A stretch of DNA of 64,000 nt. Origin: Ranitomeya imitator. Its lineage: Eukaryota. How positions within the stretch are numbered: position 1 is the stretch's first letter; the number at the start of each line of letters is the position of its first letter. The stretch is taken from positions 476,284,001 to 476,348,000 of the forward strand of contig NC_091282.1 in NCBI RefSeq assembly GCF_032444005.1, in the 5' to 3' direction. The notes under the pieces are model-generated. The model made no database searches, was not told the origin of the DNA, and saw nothing but the letters and a program-made list of their open reading frames with translations. Made by a program: the position numbers and the translations under genes. Below are positions 34,854-47,842 of the stretch, piece by piece.

Positions 34854-36389
34854 ACTGCATATAAAAACTGGTGGTTAAAAACTTAATTTGCTACAGATAA
34901 TAAACTAACATATTGAAGTTGCTTTGCACAGAAATTTTACGTGTCTCCACTGATGCTCTTAAAAGATTTAAATAAACATTTGGCTTTTGTTTTCTGATAT
35001 TTTGCAACTATGTCGAAAACGGTAAATCCTGGAAAGATGAAACCTGGTCTAAAACCTTCTAAGGGGCCTGATTTACGTATGTGGCAAATTTGGAGCACAT
35101 TGGTGTAGTCGTTTGCAGGTAAATATTCTCTTTTGTATTACTTTACAAATATGTCAAAATGGTAGCATCTAGAAAGCTTAAACCCAGTGTAACCCCTTCC
35201 CCTCGGGCCTTGAAGTGCCTGACTTACCTTTGTGCCAAATTTGAGGCAGATTAGTCTAGTTCTTTGGTCGTAAATTAATATTTGCTTTTGTGTTCTGTTT
35301 TTTGGTAATATTTTGAGAGAGGTAGGTCCCTGAGCGCACAAACCCAGTATCCGAAGTGCCTGATTTTCCTATGCACCAAATTTGGTGCAACCTGGTCTAG
35401 ATGAGATTGGACAATTGGCAATTTTCTCGCTGGTCTTGATGAAGGCGTGCTGGACCACACGGTCTTGATTTATTAAGAGGAGCACACCTCTTAATTAATT
35501 AGGAGCATCTGTGAAAACTCTAAAAGTCTCCAAATTTTTGCACAACTCTGATTTGCAGCAACATTTTCAAAGCAATTTACGCCAGAATTCGGAGCCATGG
35601 TGTGCCATTGTGTATACAGGGGAGTGCATAAGTAGGTATACAACGTCTATTCCATTATGGTATATGGTTTATTGGAAGACAGAGAATACTAAAAAGTTTC
35701 AGCAGTTGTTGGAAGAAAATTGCAACACCGTCACCAACTATACTATCAATATACCTACTTATGCACCCCCCTGTATAGTACAGTGTGGAGCTGTGCCTGT
35801 GTGTATAGGCCACACTATATACTATATACTCAGTTCCCCAGTACCTTGCCTATGAGTCTTACGGTTAGAGAGGGGCGATTCCAGCTTAGTGGCAGAATTC
35901 GTATAGTGTGGTGTCTGTCGTAGACATCACAGGCTGCCGACAGAGAAATGGAGTGTCTCCGAGTATGAAGGATGGATCAGCGTAGTAAGCGCTGTAAAGA
36001 AACTCATGCACACCTCTGATTGTCAAAATAACCGCTCCTCCTAATTCACTGCTGGCAACTAGTAATAGCTCGAAGCATGTGCAAAACAAATCATGGACGG
36101 TGCTTTTTTTCCACCAAATACTGCGGACAGCAGGAAAAAAGCGTACGGTCCATAAATTGGTGATTGTTTTTGGTGAACGGTCCATAAATTTACGGACGGT
36201 TGGTAACCCAGAGCATTATTAGCTGTGAATGCAGCACCGAAAATGATAGAAATCACTAGCAAGAAGCTGCATCACGATCTGTGTGTCTGCGCCTCTCCTT
36301 ACTTGGCCCCCTTCCCTTTTCACAGACCTATAACCTGATAACTCAGTGAGCTAGCAGTTTGTCTTTCTTTGACCAGTATGGATCATGAG

Positions 36390-36660
36390 TAGTGATGAGA
36401 GAGTATACTCGTTGCTCGGGTGATCTCCGAATATTTGTTAGTGCTTGGAGATTTAGTTTTCGTAGCCTCAGCTGCATGATTTACAGCTGCTGGACAGCCT
36501 GAATACATGTGGGAATTCCCTAACAAACAGGCATTCCTCACATGTATTCAGCCTGTCTAGCAGCCGTAAATCATGCAGCTGAGGTGATGAAAACGAAATC
36601 CCCAAGCAGTTACAAATACTCGGAGATCACCCGAGCAACGAGTACACTCGCTCATCACTG
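36390..36660. mobile_element. hAT-type palindromic MITE
   Basis: tagtgatgag...ctcatcactg with a perfect 8-bp TSD ATCATGAG. Confidence 0.85.
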
Positions 36661-36935
36661 ATCATGAGTGAAGAAAGGAGCAGATTTCTCTGATAAGATA
36701 TATTCCAAAGTTTCACATTTTTGCTGACACTATTGATTTATACAAAGTTTGTTGAAATGACAGTGGCCAGTTAAATTTACAGGTAGATACTGGAGATTTT
36801 ATATAATAAAAAGCACACAATACAGTAGGCCATAAACATTAACAGTACACAATACAATAGTACTGCACAATAGTTCGATCTTTCTATAAAAAGTACCATA
36901 ATCCCACACTGTCAACTGAATCATCAAATAACTTA

Positions 36936-36941
36936 TTTATT
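36936..36941 (-). terminator. Candidate IFT74 polyadenylation signal AATAAA
   Basis: AATAAA on the minus strand ~145 nt after the IFT74 stop. Use as the real signal is inferred. Confidence 0.45.
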
Positions 36942-37086
36942 TTTTTAGCATACATTGAAAGGACTATGAGCTTATATACACAGTACATTTTTGGTCCTTG
37001 GCCTACAATTATACTAAATAATTTTTTACAAAAAGATAATGATTATGCGAATATTGCTGGAGAGCGGGAAGGAAAGACTAAACGGT

Positions 37087-37202
37087 TCAGTTCCGGGAGT
37101 TCTGCAGAGCATCTATGAGAGTTTTGTTATAATCTGCTATCTGTCTGGTTACCGTCTTCATCACTTGCTTATAGTCGCTCTCTTGGCTCTTTGAAGCTAT
37201 GA
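37087..37202 (-). CDS. IFT74: Intraflagellar transport protein 74, last coding exon
   Basis: AG|tc ata gct... reads (F)[37 protein letters not shown]. Matches the recalled human C-terminus [39 protein letters not shown]. Confidence 0.95.
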
Positions 37203-37925
37203 CTGCATACAGAAGTCAAGGTAATACTTAGAATGCCAAAAGTATGACGTACAACGTAGCTTTATTCTAAGGGACTCCATTATATTACTATTCTTTCCCA
37301 AACAGTAGTGTAACCCTAAGGATCATACAATGTATACGCAGACCTAATATTTTATATATTCATGAGATGAAGCTGGCCCAAGACGAGACAACTGTCAGCT
37401 AGAGTTGACCAAAAAGATTCGCAGGACCCTGTTCCGATGCCCATTTTGGTAGTCCATCGCCACCAGACCAAAAGCCTCTTCTGATTAGTGTGGAGTGATC
37501 CTATGTATGATGTCACGCCAAGCCTACTAATCAGAAGAACTGGCAGGGAAGCCAGCAGGAAGAAGATTGGAGGGCTATGGTCAGGAACGCAGTCAGAGAC
37601 TACCAAATTCACTGTTGGACTAGGGTCATGCAAACCTTTTTACTTAACTCTGATGGCTGGAAGTTTGACCTGCAGTAAGCTCTCTCTCCTGACTCCTCCA
37701 TGCAAAGAAGCTCTTGGTCAAGTGTTCATGAGTGTTCAATGGGGAGAGAGGAGAAAACGGCTTCCAAACTCCTCTGGCAGTGGGTTATCGCCACAGAAAA
37801 CAAAAGGATAGGCTGCTGAAATTCTACTACTGTAGTCTGATCCTTCTTTGTTGGAAGAGAGTCATGAGGTCCCTATATCCATCAGATGGTTGGTGGACTT
37901 TTTCTAATGTCTATGGGAGCCTTAA

Positions 37926-38316
37926 AGGGAATCTGTCACCAAGTTGTTACTATGTTATCTGAGAGCAGCATAATGTAGGGGCAGAGACTCTGATTCCAGG
38001 AATGTATCTCTTACTGGGCTGCTTGGTGCAGTTTTGATAAAAAGCCTGTTTTCTCTCCTTTATATCTAGCAGTTCTCGGAATGCCGAGCTCCGTATAATC
38101 CCTCCCACACCGCTGATTGGCTGCTTTCTGTGTACAGCAGGTGGACTAAATAGCTCAAGACAAATAGTCCTGTAGTGATAATCACCTGCTGATAAAAACA
38201 CTGATTTTATTGAAACTATACTAAGCGGATACGTGACACATCACTGGTTTCAGGATCTCTGCCTCTACATCATGCTGCTCTCAGATTACATAACAAAACC
38301 TGATAACAGATTCCCT
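37926..38316. mobile_element. T2/Kolobok-type MITE in IFT74 last intron
   Basis: TTAA|agggaatctgtca...tgataacagattccct|TTAA. Confidence 0.7.
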
Positions 38317-38589
38317 TTAAATAATTTCACTTCCTTATATGATAAGATCTTGCTGGCAATCCCTACATTTTATCACCTATACAGAAAAGATTTAGTAAGC
38401 GTTGATCTGAGAAGAGAGAACAAGGAAAAAGCCTAATGATTGAATGTGGCAAGGGACAGCAGGAGAAAAAAAAATAAGGAGCTTATCTATTTTCACTACT
38501 GAATGTGTACAGGTTGGAGAATGACTATCACCTACTGTTCAGTTGTCTTTTCTTTCCTCAGGATAACATTTCTAAAACACAAAGGATAC

Positions 38590-38650
38590 ATTCTTTCATC
38601 ACAAAGTTGTTCTGCTCGTGCTGTTGCCATTTTCTTTCCAGGTTTGTGAG
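38590..38650 (-). CDS. IFT74: IFT74 coding exon (61 nt)
   Basis: AG|LTNLERKWQQHEQNNFVMKE(F)|GT. The phase fits both neighbours. Confidence 0.95.
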
Positions 38651-38879
38651 CTGTGAATACATATATATAAAAAATATTATTGGGACCAAAGTAAACCAGT
38701 ATGCGAGTGGTAATTTTCCTGTGTCAGAAAATAATAGCATAACATTCTGTGATTTTACAAGGGTTCTGTGTCACCATTTAGATACTTTAAATATTAACGA
38801 TTGATAAGCGATCAAAGGTTCCTTGGTGGAGTCAGACCTCCAGGACTCTCAATGATCAGCAGAGGGCCCATGAGTGTTT

Positions 38880-40120
38880 AAGCAGGCACAGTGGCTCATC
38901 CACACGGATCCTACCGGCCCAGCCACACGGATCCTACTGGCCCATCCACACGGATCCTACTGGCCCATCCACACGGATCCTACTGGCCCATCCACACGGA
39001 TCCTACTGGCCCATCCACACGGATCCTACTGGCCCATCCACACGGATCCTACTGGCCCATCCACACAGATCTTAGTGTCCCATCAGTGTTTATGCAGGCA
39101 CAATGGTTCGTCCACACGGATCCTACTGGCCCATCCACACAGATCCTACTGGCCCATTAGGGTTTAGGCAGGCACAGTGGTTCATCAACACGGATCCTAG
39201 TGGCCCATCCACACGGATCCTACTGGCCCATCCACACGGATCCTAGTGGCCCATCCACGTGGATCCTACTGGCCCATTAGTGTTAATGCTGGCACAGTGG
39301 TTCATCCACACAGGTCCTACTGGCCAATACAAACGGATCCTACTGCCCCATCCACATGGATCCCACTCGCCCATCCACACGGATCCTACTGGCCCATCCA
39401 CACGGATGCTACTGGCCCATCCACATGGATCCCACTCGCCCATCCACACGGATCCTACTGGCCCATCCACACGGATCCTACTGGCCCATCCACATCGATC
39501 CCACTCGCCCATCCACACGGATCCTACTGGCCCATCCACATGGATCCCACTCGCCCATCCACACGGATCCTACTGGCCCATCCACACGGATGCTACTGGC
39601 CCATCCACATGGATCCCACTCGCCCATCCACACGGATCCTACTGGCCCATCCACACGGATCCTACTGGCCCATCCACATCGATCCCACTCGCCCATCCAC
39701 ACGGATCCTACTGGCCCATCCACATGGATCCCACTCGCCCATCCACACGGATCCTACTGGCCCATCCACACGGATCCTACTGGCCCATCCACATGGATCC
39801 CACTCGCCCATCCACACGGATCCTACTGGCCCATCCACATGGATCCCACTCGCCCATCCACACGGATCCTACTGGCCCATCCACACGGATCCTACTGGCC
39901 CATCCACACGGATCCTACTGGCCCATCCACACAGATCTTAGTGGCCCATAAGTGTTTATGCAGGCACAGTGGTTCATCCACACAGATCCTACTGGCTCAT
40001 CCACACAGATCCTACCAGGCCATCAGTGTTTATGCAGGTACAGTGGTTCATCCACACGGATCCTACTGGCCCATTAGAGTTTATGCAGGCACAGAGGTCA
40101 TCCACATGGATCCTACTGCT
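38880..40120. repeat. 23-bp minisatellite (cccatccacacggatcctactgg), ~50 units with variant units
   Basis: Intronic tandem array with the variant cccatccacatggatcccactcg interspersed. Source of the long HTDPTGPSTRILLAHPHGSYWPI ORFs. Confidence 0.95.
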
Positions 40121-40386
40121 TAGAGCTATTAGTTACCACATCCTTTAGTTTGTGAACAGTTTTCGCTAAAAATCTAAGTATAAGTGGGGTTAGGTTTACT
40201 TTTTTTTTGTTGGGTGATTTCTGGCATGTTTACATAAACTGATTATCTGTGAACAATAATTGGCTCGTCTATGTGAGCCGTAAAATTATATAACTGAATT
40301 TATTACAACAGCCCACAAATGTCTGAAAACATTCCGCCAACAGAGTGAAATAGTACAAGGAAGTGACACATCATGCATTCAGATAC

Positions 40387-40512
40387 CTGAGCGTGAGTCT
40401 CATTATCCTGCAGTTGGGATTTCAGTTTATCATTCTCAGAATTAAACTGTGCCATCGTCGTCTTAAAAGTGTCTCTACACTTGGTTAAAATGATTTTATC
40501 CTCTTGAAGTTT
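40387..40512 (-). CDS. IFT74: IFT74 coding exon (126 nt)
   Basis: AG|KLQEDKIILTKCRDTFKTTMAQFNSENDKLKSQLQDNETHAQ|GT. Same length as recalled human KLHQERMIL...QENETHSQ. Confidence 0.9.
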
Positions 40513-40774
40513 CTGATGAAATAAACAATTTTGAGATTTAATTCTATTTTTCTACACTGATAAATAAGATGTCAGCATAAAATCTAGCAAATCCATTTGT
40601 TTTATTAGTTTACTACTAAACCTGACATCTATTGTAGCTGACGGTTTAGATAATAGGTGCACAATATCACATTAATTTCTTTTAAGGGACTCTGGCAGGT
40701 CACTTATGTTTTCCTAAGTGAGGTGACCATATAATAGTGGCAAGAGCTGCTGAGCATATATATGCATATACATA

Positions 40775-41710
40775 CAGCGAGTGAAATAAGTATTGAACTC
40801 GTCAACAATTTTCGGTAAATATATTTCTAAAGGTGCTATTGACATGAAATTCTCACCGGATGTCGGTAACAACCCATCCAATCCACAAAAGGCAAAGAAA
40901 TCAAACCATAGATTATGTCTAATAATGAGAAATGACACAGGGAAAAAATATTGAACACATGAAGAAAGAGAGGTGCAAAAGCCATGGAAAGTATTGAGAC
41001 CAGATAAAATCTATCAGTAATTAGAAAGCAATCCTGCCACTTAGTGGAAAATATCAACTGGTTCAACTGATGGCCTATAAAAAGGTGTCTCATTACTAGG
41101 GTACCACACAAAAAAATCTATTGACTGGTAAAACCATTGAGTTGCTTCAAGACCTTTGCAACCTTATTGTTGCAAAACATACTGATGGCATTGGTTACAG
41201 AAGAATTTCTAAACTACTGAAGGTTCCAGTGAGCACTGTTAGGGCCATAATCTGGAAGTGGAAAAAACATAATTTCACCATAAACAGGCTACACTTAGGT
41301 GCTACCCCGAAGATTTCAGACAGAGGAGTGAGCAGAATTATCAGAAGAGTTGACCAAGAGCCAAGGACCATCTGTGGCAGGGGTGTCAAACTGCATTCCT
41401 CGAGGGCCGCAAACCATGCGTGTTTTCAAGATTTCCTTAGCTTTGCACAAGGTGCTGGAATCATGATGTGTGTAGGTGATTAAATTATCACCTGTGCAGT
41501 ACAAGGAAATCCTGAAAACATGACCTGTTTGCAGCCTTTGAGGAATGCAGTTTGACACCCCTGATCTGTGGAGAGCTACAAAAAGACATAGAATCAGCAG
41601 GTACAATTGTTTCAAAGAAAACTAAGTAATGCACTCAACCACAATGGCCTATGTGCACGCTCACCACGCAAGTCTCGGTTGGTGAACAAAAACCATGTTC
41701 ACGCACATTT
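40775..41710 (+). mobile_element. 5' half of a degenerate Tc1 transposon
   Basis: Left end cagcgagtgaaataagtattgaac. HTH frame reads IVAKHTDGIGYRRISKLLKVPVSTVRAIIWKWKKH. Confidence 0.75.
41378..41563. mobile_element. hAT-type MITE nested in Tc1 remnant
   Basis: caggggtgtcaaact / agtttgacacccctg with 8-bp TSD ATCTGTGG. Confidence 0.9.
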
Positions 41711-42701
41711 AAAGGGATTTTCCCGTGAACAATAGTTGATTTTATTAATAGATCTTGGTATAATATTTAGCTCCACATTTTGTGGTGCTTAAATAAAATG
41801 TCCCTGTGCTGATCATAGCACATCTCCTAGGCAGGGGGGAAAGCAAAAGAGTATACAGACATTACAGATGGGGATCACAGCTGGTTCTGTGAGGTAAAAC
41901 ATTTCCCTGCCTGTTTTTAAACAGGCTGCGTTAATGCTATAGCATACACGCCATCACGTTATGCTATACCGCTAGCGCAGATGATTCAACTGTGCTGGCG
42001 GTGACAGAGCCTCAGACTCTGCAGCCTGCGTCCGAGGCTCCGTCACTGAATGACAGCACATCACTAGCGCATGACGATTATGGCATGCGTTGGCGATGCG
42101 CCCGATAATAGGGGTTAATGGCAGCATTAACGGACTGCATTACACTGCGTTATGCGTCTAACGGACTGCCATAACGCAATGTGAACCCCGCCTCAATCAC
42201 ACTTTAGGTACGTATGCGACAGTGGAGAACCAAGTAAAAGTCAAAAGGAATGTGAGCAAGAGAAGACAGTGAGAACAAGAAGAAGACAGAGAGAAGAAGA
42301 AAAAAAGCAGGATTGTGAAAGAAGCAATGAGATAGAAACGGAGACTGAACCGTGATAGAAACAGAGATCAGGACAAGGACTGAGACAATGGGAGAGATCA
42401 TGGTGAGGATCGCTGCCGATAGAGGTACACCTAGGATTATTAGACTTGAAGTATGGCGCCCAATTGTAGGATGCATCACTAGCAGCAAGTCAACAGACTT
42501 CTGGTAGTTCAGCTCTATATTAAGCAGTTAAATTATTAAAATACTATTGATTAATAATAAAATATGTTACTAATATTAATACATTCATCCTACGGAAACT
42601 GCACAAGTCCCCCTATCATACAGTGCAGTCAGGACGCAATCTCCGAGTGTTTTTATCCCCACTTATAGCCTAGAGCACAGCAAACACAATTAACCAAGGA
42701 C

Positions 42702-42865
42702 CTTTTTCTTTTCTTCTGCGGAGGCTCGGAGGCCATCCAAGTCGCTGTATGTATTTAATCCTTCAGACATTTGCTGGATGTTCTCCTTCAGGAACGTCAT
42801 CTCACTGGTAATCTTGGATTCCAACTGCTCCACTTTCTGCAGATCCTGCTGCAGACGCTGGCTCT
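42702..42865 (-). CDS. IFT74: IFT74 coding exon (164 nt)
   Basis: AG|(E)SQRLQQDLQKVEQLESKITSEMTFLKENIQQMSEGLNTYSDLDGLRASAEEKKK|GT. Confidence 0.95.
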
Positions 42866-44225
42866 CTGAGGGAAAGTGCGCACAATTTAATATTAAAACA
42901 TTTATGTCTCTTTGATCAATTAGACTTTAGGTACGGGTACGATAACAGGTAAAAGTCCTCTACTATAAAGAGATTTTTATATATGTGTTGTGCATACACT
43001 AGGGTGTTTTTAGTGTGCATTGTATCTTGAGCATTCGTGATTTAATTAAGCAAATATTATGAAAAACAATCAGATTTCTGCCTTCTAAGTAAAATCTTGC
43101 CAATCAATACTTGATAGAATCCTTTTTCTCTGCTGTAGATACTGGGCTGTGTATAACCCCGCCCACACCCCTGATTGGCAGACTCCTGTGTACACTGTCA
43201 GCAAGCTGCCAATCAGTAGTGGGGGCGGGGTTACACAGATCAGCTGGACTTCTTGGAACCTGACCTAGTCCTGCAGTGATAATCTCCTGCTGATAAAACA
43301 ATACTGATTGTATTGAAACTACAGCAGACAGTCTAATAAGTCCTTGGAATGAGGAGGATCTCAGCCCCTACATTATGCAGCTATCAGCTTAAATATCAAA
43401 AACCTGAAAGATTCCCTTTAATAAATTGAATATCTGAGCTGTTACTGCCTTTCTATGGAATAAACCCAAACAGGTGTGCATTTGCAAAAATGGAAATAGA
43501 TTAGGGACTACATTCTGAACAATCTGGCAATATATGGGGTGAAGTACAAAAAAATATACAAGACATCCATGTACCTTAATGTGCATATTTCCAGGCCGTG
43601 ACTGATGTGTATGAAATTAATGCCACGTTTACAGAAATTATTTCTTAATGCCATACACTTTCATGCATAAAAAAATGAAATCAGATAGACAACTATGGAC
43701 AGTGCTTTCAAAAATGACAACTTAAAGAGGTAGTCCACTACTGGGATATCTTGAAATTCTAGATCAAAATGTTTGGCATCCTTAAAATAATAAACTTATA
43801 CTCACCTCCCATGCTGGCGTCGTTCCAGTGGTGTCAGCACTCGCAGTCCCGGGGCTCTCGTGCAGTTGTGGTGACATGTGACACCGGCGCCCAATCAGAG
43901 CTGGTGTCACCGTCTCCACCTTTGAATAAATTGAACATAAACAGGAATTCCGGGCTGCAGCTCATCTCACACTTCCTCTTCCTGCACAATTCGTCAGGAG
44001 GCACAGACAGTGACACTGGCGCTGACGTCACAACAATCGCACACTAGCCCCGGGACCGCGAGTGCCGACACCGTGGGAAAGGTGCCGGAACGGGAGTCGA
44101 GTATAAGCTTTATTATTTTATGGGCGCCAAGCCAATTTATTTTATGGCTGTAAATATGCCATAAATATGCCAATATGGCTGTACTTTTTGTTGTCACTTA
44201 TGCAAAAATGGCCACATAAGGTCAA

Positions 44226-44312
44226 CATGGTGGCTCAGTGGTAAGCACTACAGTGCTGGGGTCCTGGGTTCAAATCCCACCAAGGACAACATCTGCAAGG
44301 AGCTTGTATGTT
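44226..44312 (+). mobile_element. 5' fragment of V-SINE
   Basis: ggtggctcagtggtaagcac...gggttcaaatcccaccaaggacaacatctgcaaggagcttgtatgttct, fused directly to a Tc1 TIR interior. Confidence 0.75.
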
Positions 44313-45745
44313 CTATTTCAAGTGTTTATTTCTGTTAATGTTGATGATTATGGCTTATAGCCAATGAAAACCCAAAAGTCATTATCTCAGTAAATTACTT
44401 TACTTTATAACACCAGCTTGAAAAATCATTTTAAATTTCAAAATGTTGGCCTACTTAAATGTATGTTCAGTAAATGCATTCAATACTTGGTCAGGGCTCC
44501 TTTTGCATCAATTACTGCATCAATGTGGCGTGGCATGGAGGCGATCAGCCTGTGGCACTGCTGAGGTGTTATGGAAACCCAGGTTGCTTTGCTAGCAGCC
44601 TTCATCTCGTCAGCATTGTTGGGTCTGGGGTCTCTCATCTTCCTCTAGATTCTCTATGGGGTTAAGGTCAGGCGAGTTTGTTGGCCAATCAGGCACAGTG
44701 ATACTGTTGTTTTCAAACCAGGTATTGGTACTTTTGGCAGTGTGGATAGGTGCCAAGTCCTGCTGGAGAATTACATTTCCATCTCCAAAAAGCTTGTTGG
44801 CAGAGGGAAGCATGAAGTGCTCTAAAATTTCCTGGTAGATAGCTACGCTGACTTTGGTCTTGATAAAACACAATGGACCTACACCAGCCGAAGGCATGGC
44901 TCCTCAAACCATCACTGATTATGGAAACTTCACACTAGACCTCAACCACTTGGATTGTATGCCTCTCCACTCTTCCTCCAGACTCTGGGACCTTGATTTC
45001 CAAATGCAATACAAAATTTACTTTCATCTAAAAACAACACCTTGGACCACTGAGCAACAGTACAGTTATTTTTCTTCTTGACCCAGGTAAGACGCCTCTG
45101 GCATTGTCTATTGGTTATGAGTGGCTTGACACAAGGAATGTGACACTTGTAGCCCATGTCCTGGATATGTCTGTGTGTGGTGGCTCTTGAAGCAATGACT
45201 CCAGCAGCAGTCCGCTCCTTGTGAATCTCCCCCAAATTTTTGAATGGCCTTTTCATAACAATCCTTTCAAGGCTGCGGTTATCCCGGTTGCTTGTGCACC
45301 ATTTTCTACCATACATTTTCCTTCCACTCAACTTTCCATTAATATGCTTGGCTAAAGCACTGTGTGAACAGCCAGCTTCTTTAGCAATGACCTTTTGTGG
45401 CTTACCCTCCTTGTGGAGTGTGTCAATGCCTGCCTTCTGGATATCGGTCAAGACAACAGTCTTCCCATGATTGTGGTGGCTACTGAAACAGACTAAGAGA
45501 CCTTTTTAAATGCTTAGGAAGCTTTTGCAGGTGTTTTCTGTTAATTATTCTAATTTACTGAGAGAATGACTTTTGGGTTTTCATTGGCTGTAAGCCATAA
45601 TCATCAACATTAACAGAAATAAACACTTGAAATAGATCACTCTGTTTGTAAGGACTCTATATAATATAGGAGTTTTACTTTTTGCATTGAAGAAAGGAAA
45701 TAAATTAACTTTTTGATGATATTCTAACTTTGTGAGAAACACGTG
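44313..45745 (-). mobile_element. Degenerate Tc1, same family as 2663-4465, one TIR truncated
   Basis: Minus frames include KVLFLDESKFC, QQDLAPIH and PDLNPIENL. Right end is tgtgagaaacacgtg|ta. Confidence 0.85.
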
Positions 45746-45753
45746 TATATATA

Positions 45754-46484
45754 CGGATTTTTTTTGATTATGAGACTGACTTTTTTCCCCCCAAATTTTG
45801 GGGGAAAATGGGGGTGCATCTTATAATTCGAATATACCTTACCAGGAGCGGTGAAGCAGGATCCCAGGGTCGCTTCTGGAGGAGGCAAGAGTGGCGCGTT
45901 GCTGCAGGCTGGGATGAGGGGGTGTTTGGAGGTGTGACACTGTGGGTGTTCGGTGGTGCGGGGGCCCCGCTGATATTTTGTGAAAGCCCGGGACCCCGCA
46001 CTTCCATAGTTTACATTGCGGTGGACTCTGGGAAAATGGCTTCCGGGAGCAGCACATGCACAGATATCAGCACCAAGATCTCAGGAGATGAGTTCTCAGT
46101 GCCAAGATTTCCATCTGTGCATGCGCCGTCCCCGACAGCCATTTTCCCGGAGTCCACCGCAAAGTAAACCATGGAAGTACGGGAGTACTGGTCTGTCACA
46201 AAATGTTGGCGGAGCCCCCTCACCACTGAACATCCGCAGCGTCGCACATCCGAACACCCCTTTCTCCTAGTCTAAGGTCCACAGCATCGCCTCACTCCTG
46301 CCTCCGCCAGCAGCGACCCTGGGACCCAGCTTCACCGCAGCCACCACCCCAAGTAAGCAATAAGACGCATGGATTGTAAGAAGTACCAACGTTTTATTAA
46401 AAAAAAGGTGTTTTTCCTATTTTTCTCCTCACAATTTGGGGTGCGTCTTATAATCCGATGTCTCTTATAAAAGCAAAATATGGT
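45754..46484. mobile_element. Tc2/pogo-like MITE (CCGTATTT-type termini), degenerate
   Basis: cggattttttttgattatgagac...gtctcttataaaagcaaaatatgg. Same terminal family as 49254-49789 and 63239+. Confidence 0.55.
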
Positions 46485-47842
46485 ATATACACACACACAC
46501 AAACACACTCATGCAGTATGTGTGTGCATAAGTAAAACACAATTCCTAAACTATGGCTATCTCTAACGTTAAGTTTTACCTTTGGGTGTTGTCACAAAAA
46601 TAAGAAAAACAACGAAAGAAAAACAAAAACAACACTTTAAAAGCAGACACAGACACAATACACGTGAAAAGAATGTGGAAAACATCTTCGGACATCAGAC
46701 TTTACTCCGCTCTGTCAAGAGAGGACTGCTTTTTTGCTTTTATTATTATGGACAATAATGTCATGCTTCTCCCGGACAAGATTTACAAATCAGAATATGT
46801 ACATTAGCATTTATCTTAATGTAACAAGGTTAGTAAAGACGTTGCTGCTAAAGAACCAAAAACAAATAACTGTAGTCAGGAAGAGGATACAGGCCGGTTC
46901 CTTTAGATATGCTGAGAAGTGGCAGAAGGTATGTACAAAGCAATGCAGTGTGAGACCAAGATTCTTGACCCCAGAAAAAACATCTGAGGAACAATAGCAT
47001 TAGTGAAATTGTTTACTCTGGACAGCTTCCTTTTTCTTTCTCCGGGGCTGCTGATGACTTTTTTTTTTCTTTCTCCGGCGAGCCATTAAAAGATGCTTAG
47101 ATCACATTTCATCTTGGACACACTGTTTGAATCCAAATATATTTGCTAGGCAGCAAACACACTCCACTTCCATGAATGCCGCGCCACCACCAATTTATGT
47201 AAACCGTCCAAGTTTAAGGCAAGATTAACCATATGTCAATCTACTTATAATAACCTTGCGCTGGAAAAAAAATGCTTCAAGAGGAGCGCAATAAACCGGG
47301 GCTTTGCTATTAGAGCCCTTCTTGACCTTTCACAAAAGGAAATGGTCAAGCTGGTGGAGAACCCAACATATTCCAGTATGTCCTACAGCCATCAGCATTC
47401 TAAACTTTACGACAAGGCATTGGCATAGCATAGGGTGGGGGGGACAATAAGCTCCTCACTTCTTGATCTTCTGCATTAGTTCTGAAACTCTACTAGAAGC
47501 AAGATAGCCAAAGATCTGTTTACCTCGACCAACTGGCGGCACTAAACGGAAACTGATCTGCGAACGTATATTAACCTGTCGACACCATCAGACCGCGGTA
47601 AAAGATGTTCAATGAACGATGTGTAGTAGATCCCTAAGTGCAAACAAGCAGCCACTGTTCTCACAACTCGAGTCTTGGCCCAACAGGACAATGCTCCATT
47701 AAGATATTTTGTGCTTCACAAGATCATTTCATTTTGCTTGTTCATCGAGTGATCGGCAGCTGTTTTAGACTGAACTACCTCTTGTTTGCTATAATGTTTC
47801 AGCGTAAATGCAGCAGTTACAACAGTGGAAATTCACGTTTTA

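Noticed and set aside
39246-40123. 230-255-aa repetitive ORFs
   Set aside because: Products of the 23-bp minisatellite. Intronic and antisense to IFT74.
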